NCBI GenBank assembly: GCA_900088475.1
Contig: FLMG01004215.1
Span: forward strand, 1-64,000
DNA length: 64,000 bases
Reading direction: 5' to 3'
DNA from: Hyphochytrium catenoides
Taxonomy: Eukaryota > Protista > Hyphochytriomycota
Below are positions 55,631 to 64,000 of this stretch, piece by piece. The notes beneath the pieces are model-generated. The model worked only from the letters and a program-made list of their open reading frames with translations. It searched no databases and had not been told where the DNA came from. The position numbers and the translations under genes are program-made. Every line of letters begins with the position of its first letter. Positions within the stretch are counted from its first letter, which is position 1.

Positions 55631-57955
55631 GTCACTGTTATACTGGTGCCTGGTGCCTCTATGTATCACACTTCCTAGCTTTTCCAGTCACTGGTGTACA
55701 TGCAGAAGGGTTCGGAGAGCCGAGACGACACGCTTACTACTTTCACTGCTCTCCTGCCCAATCATCCATCTCGAGAACTAACTTCGGATATATCTTTGCG
55801 ACCGAGACACCTCTCTCATCTCCTTCGGTTGGCTCCTCGGTCAGTAGAGGGCGCGGTGAGAAACTCCTGATGAAGAGATGACCTTTCGCTTGTCCATAAC
55901 CGCCACCACTTGAGATCTTGATTATGAGACATTCCTGCTAAATGTCGCTCTCACCAACAGCTATCGAAAGAGCCCCAGCCGATCGTACGTATTCACACGC
56001 CTCAGCTCATGATGGCATAACCTGGAGGCCGTTTGTTGAAAAGCAGAAGCCAGGGTTCCTCTCAGTCAGCTCAAACTTCGTTTTGGGATGGTACGCTCTG
56101 TCCCTCAAGGCTGACTAGGCGTACTGTATCCGCTACTGTATCTTCCATATCGCACCTCATGTGCCGAGGTTCGACACTTCTTCGCATCTTCATAGAGCAG
56201 CAACGGCAATCGGTGTCTGTCGTCTACTCCCTCTTACTTGCTGGATAAAATATCCTTATGCTCCTATTCATTATGTTCTCTTATCTATCTCCGACAATCG
56301 GCTTCTCAACTTATGTTGTTTATCCTCCTCTCTCGCAGTATCCGGCAGTGTATTGCCGAAGGCATGTTCTATAACTAGAATGGCTATGTAATCACTAAGA
56401 GATCCGGAGCTTATCCGATCCTATTATTCATCCCCCTTTGAATGTGCATTCTCCCACGGCCTCAGCCCTCGGCCACGACATAGCATCTGTGACAAGCTTG
56501 AAAGATTATTATGCGCGCTAACGAAGTGGAAATAAGAGGATGACGACTGGGTGCCGCATAATCCGGCACGTTCCGCCCTGTCGCTTCGTCTCTCCATCTC
56601 AGGTCCCCCTAAGCTCTTCTCTACCTCTTAAGCTCCACGTTCTGAAACCTACTGCTTAAAATCAAAACCACCATCAGCCACAGACAGAAGAAAGCCAGAA
56701 CATATTGCGGGTCATCGCCACTACCCTACTATTAATGACCTTTGGCATCTTCCACTTTCTACTAATGGCAGATAATTTGTCATCTGCGCTTGGACATGGT
56801 GGCGTCATAAAGAATATGAGGTTTTATTTGACCTAGGATTGGGTACTTTCTTCTCTTCCAGTAAACCTTGCGGGAATGTACCTGATGGGCTCATGTGCTA
56901 TGAATGGCATCGTCATCATCTGGGACATCGTCGACTGCCGTAGCAATTTTGTCCCTTTTGAAAGAAGTCTCTGGTGGAGATGAGAAAGGATAGCAAAACA
57001 CGAAGCCAATATAGAGGTCCTGGGCAGGCTCGATTTGAAGGCGTCTTATGCCATCATTATGTACCATTGCTTACATTATGGGGGAATGGCGACGGTCGCA
57101 AATCTTAGCAAACAGAAGAGCCGTCCTTCTGCCTTCCCTGGGTAATCTATAAGTGCAGCTGACCAAGCACGCAGATCTGCTGCCTTACATGGGCCAAACA
57201 TAACGCTACTCCCGTTCTGTGGTCTATCGATAATAAGAGTCTTGGCGCCTGACCAAGGCTGGCCGCTCACAATACCAAGACCCGAAGCCTTCATGGCGGC
57301 GCCGCTTCCGCGCTCGCCTGCCTTGAAGTCCGTCTCTCTATCGTAGAAACTCCTTATCAATACGGACTGGTGACCGAATTTACTGATCTTCAGAAGGAAG
57401 TATCCCTAGTTAGTAGAGGTAAAATATATGAACAACCGATATTATTGAAAAAGAACGAAGAAACCACAGCAAGGCATCGTAGGCCCCCTTACAAGTCTTT
57501 GAAATGCTACCACATGGTCATAACGTTGTATACAGTACCCGACAGGAGAGTCCAAAGGAGGTTTAGGCAGTGCGTAGCTCAAGTTTAAACTTTTCCAATT
57601 CATCACCCAAGGCGCCGGCGCCAGCACTTGATCTGGCCACCATCACAGCTCTCTCTGTTGAGTGTTGAGTGTTGAGGCTTCGGCGCACCATTAGCTGCAG
57701 CTGCACCACGGCCTGCATCATCGGCAAGTCTCGACGAAGTACAATCTGTTGAGCCTGTCGACCTCAACGCTGATGAGGTGGAGTCCAGCAGGCTGGTTGT
57801 TGATAAGTGGCAGACTTCAACCAGCGGCCGTAACCAGGATCCTAACAGGTCCATCCAGTAGTGCGCCGTAGCGACCCTATCTAGGCCCTAGGTTCTGCCA
57901 ACGTCCATTATTACAGCGAAGTGGAGCACGATGCGCTTCCCTCTCTATCACGTTG

Positions 57956-60175
57956 ATGGAGAACTCTCAAAACGAAGACGAGCTTTCCGGTAAATCGCCC
58001 ATCGCGGTCCGGTCTGCACCTTCTCCAAACTTCTCGCGGATTCCTAGATTAGTCAAGAGGCCAACACCGATATCAACCTCAAGCCTCAGGTCTTAGAATT
58101 AAATCCCTGCCTTTCTTCCATGGCATCTGCTAACGCTCCTTACTTTCCTGCTCCTTAGTGCGGATAGAAATGCGGGAGCTGGTTATTCTAGCCAGACAGG
58201 TAAGGTGCTCGAGCCTTCCAGTCCTCCCCATCAAGATGATGCAGTCCACGGCGAGACGGGCTCCGTTTTGGCTGAATTTATTTATCGCTTTCGCAATGCC
58301 GCTCCACGAAGCCCTTCTGAGAGGCAGAAGGAGCTGGATACCTCCAGAAAAAAGTTCTGGTGGCTAAGCGAGGACGAGGCGAAAGCCCAGAAACGGAACA
58401 GGAGTTCCAGTCGTACAGGAGAGAAAAAAGGGACGCCCGAGCAAGCAGAAAGACTCCCACCTGGAGGACTTAACTCGAGCCCACAGACTGATAGAAATTC
58501 GTCTCATCAAGGCTTGGAAGCGGAAAGAGTTGGACAAGATGAGTCCCTACTTCAATCCACGACCCAGCTGACGGCTGGAGTTGTGAAGGATGTATCCTCC
58601 ACTAATCATGGACTGAAAGAAGGAGACGTTCAATTGTCATTGCCTGATGCACCTGGATTAGGAGACTCTACTCTGAAGGGAGAGAAAGATGTCGGAGAAG
58701 TAGCCTCCACTCTATTCATCAACTCTCTCCCTCCTACTCCTACACGTGCACACATTCCGGACCTTGCCTCTCCGTTCTCACCTCTACTAGTCTCTAGCCA
58801 CCTCGCTCTAAATATGGCTCCACCCGGAAGCGTTACGGAGGAAGAAAGGTTTCAACTAACTCTGGAAGAAAGGACGCTAGAGCTATCTTCGTCTCGCTCT
58901 CTACCTTCAGGGAGAGCTGCGGCTTACGTTGCTCCTGAAGAGCTCATTTTGGAAGATCCAGAAGTGACTATCTCGCGGCTTCGAGAGAGACTGAAGTCCA
59001 TCGATTCCCTGTATACCCGAAGTGCCAAAGATATGTCCCAGACTCCTTCAGAGCTTTCATCAAGCCAAGCGGACTTTCTTCGCTTATCCTCTCCACGTTC
59101 ACAGTCCGTTCTCAGGTCTTCGGATACCTCGCTTCACTCATCGACAGCGATCGGGAACAGACGAGCCAGGGGACAGGGAAGCCTGATGGCTGTTAGGCAA
59201 GTCGATGAATTTGAAGATGATAATCGGGACAGTATGATGGGTTGGTGGCAAAAGAGAGGGGTCTTCTCGGTCCCATCTGTCTCAGGATCTGACTTAGGTC
59301 TGCTCCTGGCAGAGGATACGGAGGAAGGAAAAGGCAATGACAATACTGCTTCTGTGAAGTCTTCCTTTGAAAAAGACACAAGCGGCCGTAGCAAGTCCTT
59401 CGCAATGACGGTTGCCGTCGGATCAGGACCGCCTTCCTCAGAATCGCCCACTCGATTACCAGGATCTACAAAGGCTGGGGAAAGAGAGTTCTCAGAAACC
59501 GATCAAGCGGCAGAATCCGTGATGGAGCATGCTGACACCGGTCCAGAAGTCATTTCTCTTCCGACAAACGTTTCGAAGATTGATGATGTGGAACGGTTGA
59601 CCATGGAAGTAGCAGATGAAGTCGCAAAGAAGGATAACTCTGAGACAGTGGCAGAAATAACTCCCGTTACGACCAAGAGTAGAGACAGCACTCAGCCTTT
59701 AAACGAAGAACTTTTGGATTTCAAAACACCAAGCGAGCAAGATAGACTAGAGTCGGCATCTACCACTATTCTTCCTCCATCCGAGGTCAGTCTCCCGTCC
59801 GATGAGGGCACGATGGGTGTGACCTTAAGTACGACCACAAATGAGTATAGAGAGAGTGAAAAGAGTGTCATATGCGACGACTTTGAGCTTAGCGTCTCTT
59901 CCCTCTCTACCTCCACTGACGAGAGCGTGCTGCTAGAGTATAGTGAGGATGAAGACAGTGAACTTCAACCATCACTTGTTAACGTTGACGGGGATGTGCG
60001 AGCCGTGTCTCCGTCTGAGTCCAACAGCCACAGTATCCATCTACCACCTGTGTCTTCCATAGGCGAGGCTCCAGTGGTCCCAAGAGAGCATGACTCAGAC
60101 CCTATCGTTGTATCACTTCAACAAGCCATAGAGCGGTACCGTCTAGCACTAGACATATTAATGAGCAAAGAATAA
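57956..60175 (+). CDS. PROSER3-like (proline/serine-rich, disordered) protein
   Basis: SVLAEFIYRFRNAAPRSPSERQ..FWWL resembles the recalled PROSER3 motif [22 protein letters not shown]..FWWL, and there is a C-terminal DPIVVSLQQ helix. The long exon runs from an acceptor at 58158 (branch gctaac) to 60175. The start is ATG 57956 or 57931. Confidence 0.6.
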
Positions 60176-60366
60176 GCCGATATTCCCCTCCAGGATCTGC
60201 GCTCATCCCCTTTCAAATCGCTTCATCCACTCTAATGACATCAACCTAGTAGTCATGGGGGTCTTCATATTTCTAATTATACTTAGGGAAGTAGAGACTG
60301 GCGCTTAATAGGTTCAACTGCAACCTGGTCGCCTTGCCTCATGTCGCCCGCCGCAGTTTCTGCGGC

Positions 60367-62424
60367 TTAGAACTTGAAAACATTGCTAGAATCAAAGCCT
60401 AACTCAGCAAGGATTCCTGTAAAAGGCACCATCGTCAGAATCAGGGGTTCACGCTGTCAACCACAACCACGGCCTCGAATCTTACTCTTCTCTCAACCAT
60501 TGAACATACTCTCTACTTTAGCTCCAAGCACTTGTGAACTGCCCCTAAGTCAAACTTTCACTGACCTGTAACGGGTCCTTGCTTTTGCCTATCCTTGGGC
60601 CCACAGGTTACCTCTACGAAACCAGGCGGCCCACACACGCAAACAAGTGACTTCTCCTTGTCAAGGGTAGCTAGAATAGGCTGCAGGATATTTTCCAAGA
60701 GCTCCCGAGAAATGTGTCCCTTGTGTCCAGGCCAAGCTTCATCTCCCCGACTTAGAACATGAACATGGGAGAAGTGGGGGTAGTTCGTTTCTAAGGCTAA
60801 AAGCCGCAGTTACCAGAGCACATAGGAGATGGAGCCACCAGCAGAGATGTGAGGGAGATATCCAGTTGAGGCGAGTGGTCGATGACTAAGCGTACCAGTG
60901 AGCAGATCTCTGACGATAATATCATCTTCTGTCTTGTTGAAGTCGACCAATATTACTTCTGTAGAGGAAGAGGACCGAAGAAGAGTGAGAAACAAAAATC
61001 ACACTAGTGTCTGGGCCATCTAGCAGAGATCTGATTAGGGATACCTGTGAAGTCATCATTATACACAATGTGCTGGATGAGCTGTGGTACAGGAGGTAGG
61101 TATGTGCGGCCCACAGTGAGAAGAGAGCAAGGCAGAGGTTAGAAGACGTATTTAAGCTAACGTCCTCCGGTTTTGATAACTTCGGTCCTGACTGCCATAC
61201 GTTACCCTTGGTCCGACAATGTCTCAGCTTTTGTCTGACGTTGAGCCCTAAACCTTAGCCAGCGTATCCTAAGTTTACATTTGATGCACCCATCGCTTGT
61301 TGGAAGCCAAACGCTTAAACCATGCCCTCGGAGCTCTCTGGACCCCAATGCTTTGCTCTGCACCCTACATCTAGCTGGCGTTCTTTGTATCCTTTCACCT
61401 TCATTTACCTGTAGCATTGGCGTCACGCCAGTGCCGCCTGCGAGCATGATAATTTTATTGTACTTCCCGGTCTCATAGGGAAACTTCATAAACGGGCCCT
61501 TTACACCGACTGGAGCTCCGAGCTCCGCCTTCACCAAGAAATGGCTCAGTGCGCCGTCGTTATAGCCTTTCACGATAAGATCTATGCCATCGACATCTCC
61601 AGGCCGATTCACTGGGGTGTAAGGGCGAACGACAGCTTTCGACCCTTCTTTCTCGCCTATAACAGAAGAAGAGTGAACATCGTCAGCAAGAGGAAGTGAT
61701 TGAGTCAAGTATTCATATACCAACTCGTCCATCGTTCACGAGAGGTCAGAAGCCGCTAAAGACGTAAAGAATACGTGATAACACGCTGGGGCAGCCACGT
61801 CAGCTTCAAATAAAATGCATGAAGAAGTATTATAACCTTTGAGCTGCTCAGGAAAGGCTCTGATGGTGATGCATGAAGCAGCGTTGAACATGAACTTCTC
61901 CTCCGGGTTCTCAGGAACTAGTCGTAGCCGCGCAGTGTCATGGGTGATAAAGTCCTTCGATGCTATCCTGAACGGCCTGAGATTACGGTGTTACGAAGTA
62001 ACAGGTCAGAGATAGGGTCCCAAACAACGTTATTCACTATGGTCTTGGGACATAAGATACTTACTTCCAGTCCTTTGAGGCATCAGCAGGTTTCTGAGCG
62101 GACTTGGTAGGTACGGCAGCAACAGGTGCCGGGATGCTTGATAGAATGCCACCCGAGTTGCCAGGCTATATTAGCAAATGCTGTCAGGATCTATTACGCT
62201 TCGAGCCTAGCGCATACATCTGCACCATGCCGCCCATGCTCACCTCCATCAAGACCGGGCTATTCCTTTCCAGAAGCTCTCCTACCACGATGCCAGTGGC
62301 AGCTCCACCGACAGTCATCAGAGTGCCTGATAAGGATAACGTACACTTAAGTCGATGTGGTAATCTACTATAGCCTTTCAAAGAGCTTACCGCGCACATT
62401 GCGGCGGATGAACGCCCCGATCAT
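60367..62424 (-). CDS. NADH-cytochrome b5 reductase, mitochondrial MCR1-like, multi-exon
   Basis: ITHDT, VVRPYTPV, LIVKGYNDGALS, KGPFMKFPY, MLAGGTGVTPMLQ, FNKTEDDI, CVCGPPGF and GILAELGFDSSNVFKF*; the N-terminus looks like a targeting/membrane segment. Confidence 0.9.
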
Positions 62425-63311
62425 GGTGAAGAAGACTCAGTGGCCGTCTACCTAGAAGATCGCCTATTAGGAAAGCCTCAGTGGGACAGTCAATGCCAGA
62501 CTGCCGCCTCAGCTCTGCGGCTTATGAGGCTGTAATAATTATACTAGCCCCCTTGAGTTGAGAGGGAGCCAGAAGCGATCAGCAGGTTTCTATCTCAAGG
62601 CAATAATCTCCGGCTATTGGATCTGCATAAATCTTCTCCTGCGTCGTACTTTTTTGATGGCGCCAGTCACTCAGTCAGCAAGAGACAAACAGCTCTATGA
62701 CAATAGTCTGAAAAGGCCTATATCTCATAACCATCAAATCCTCCTTTACAAGATATTGCAGGCCTCCAGGAGACCTTGGACGCAAGAAATGAGCTCTTCA
62801 GTGTGATGTCGTTAACGGCTATCGTGCTGGTCATCTGCGCTTTCATTGTCGACTTGGGGCCACTTCCAGTCCGCGCCTGGGGTTTGCAGCCCAAGACCGC
62901 CAAGGATGATCTCAGTCTGAGCTTGTAGAAGCACATGCGTGAACACACTGTGGTTGAAGACAGCTCGGTCTCAGTCCTCTCGTGAGCAGGATGCCCTGAA
63001 TAGCGTTAACTTAGCCGATGATAGGTAACCTCTTGCGGACTGATGAGAGCAAGGAAGGAGAACGGCGGACAACTCCAGGAGATGCACTTTCAGCGACTGT
63101 CCTAGGGTTGCACACGATGGCTTTGGATGTGGGTCCGGTGAAGATGGCAGTTTAGCCTTTGCACAGGTGGAGGTGGGCGCAGCCTGCCTGAACTCTAGAT
63201 TATTGACATGAGTAAAAGGCACAAAGGTGCCACTGGTCTTATCCAACCTCAAACCGTAGGTCTCTTTCTCTTAATTTATAGATTTTTGTGTCTGCTTTGT
63301 CTAAACAGTAT

Positions 63312-64000
63312 TTACAAGCCTAGGAAGCCGAGCTTCTCTGTCACATACTCCGCCTCATCCTCCTTTCGCTGTTCCTCCTGCAAGGCTTTGCCAAGCTTCT
63401 CAAACATAGTTCTAGCTATCACTGTTGCTGAGTTCAGCAAGGATTCCATCACGGGGAAGGAAATTCCAGCATAACCCGACTTTTGAATGCCGCATACATT
63501 TCCCTCAGGGTCAATCTACAAATGGCAAGTCAGAGACAGCATGCGCCGCGGAGAACAAAGTGTCAGCCGGGAGATCCCTTCTTGCGCGAAGACAGGCGGA
63601 GAGGGATAGCGACATAGTGGTAGAGTGTAGCGTGGGGAGGAAGACCGAGAAGAGGAGACAAAGCAGAAGGTAAAAAATGAAACACCAGGAACTACATAAC
63701 TAGAGTGGGACGAGGCACGAGAAGTCATGCTAGGATGAGGAAGCAAAGCCAAACGAACTGCCATCCTCAGGCTGCCTTACCGAGACCACTACCTTCACGC
63801 CGACACACAGCTCTTCCTCCTGGGTAGCATCAGCAATGAACGGGGCTCCTCCCACTTGTGAAAGCGTGATGCAGATTGGGAAAGAAGATGCTTGGAAGCG
63901 ATTGCTAAGAAGAAGGTCTTCTTCAACCTCTATCACGGGATCGCCTTCTTCTGTCTCTATAGTTCTAACTTTAGGGAGCAATGTGTTGTTCAGGGCTGCG
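63312..64000 (-). CDS. EXOSC7: Exosome complex component RRP42 (3' part; truncated by window edge)
   Basis: AALNNTLLPKVRTIETEEG..IEVEED..PICITLSQVG..IADATQEEELC..VS|IDPEGNVCGIQKSG..EKLGFLGL* matches the RNase PH domain 2 and the KVGFLG tail of RRP42. Confidence 0.85.

Overview
This is a compact, intron-rich eukaryotic genome segment (~50% GC, canonical GT-AG introns of about 60-500 nt, CT/GA microsatellites, two N-gaps). It probably comes from a flagellated protist or alga, possibly a stramenopile; that assignment is an inference and is not established. Manual splicing gives 17 protein-coding genes in this order: HAUS1(+), CCT8(-), WDR34(+), a PH-BAR-PH-ArfGAP-ANK-SH3 protein(-), intronless CCT6(+), a 50-aa COX6C/Cox9/COX5C-like micro-gene missed by the ORF track(-), a DOT1-like SAM methyltransferase(+), an importin-13/transportin-SR-like protein(-), a PDZ-fused Ulp2/SENP-like SUMO protease(+), an uncharacterised helical protein(-), CWC21(-), a plant-CCaMK-like kinase(+), SNU114/EFTUD2(-), a secreted Tyr-rich alpha-carbonic-anhydrase-fold pseudoenzyme(-), a PROSER3-like protein(+), an MCR1-like cytochrome b5 reductase(-) and a partial RRP42(-). 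Two items stand out. (1) The secreted alpha-CA-fold protein has lost two Zn-ligand histidines and carries basic YKP repeats plus acidic Tyr/Asp/Glu tracts, making it a candidate biomineral, adhesive or cell-covering matrix protein. (2) The kinase is collinear with plant symbiosis CCaMK/DMI3 and naturally has Asp at the autophosphorylation Thr site. No tRNA, rRNA, CRISPR array or recognisable transposon was found. All family calls come from motif recognition by eye, not from database searches.
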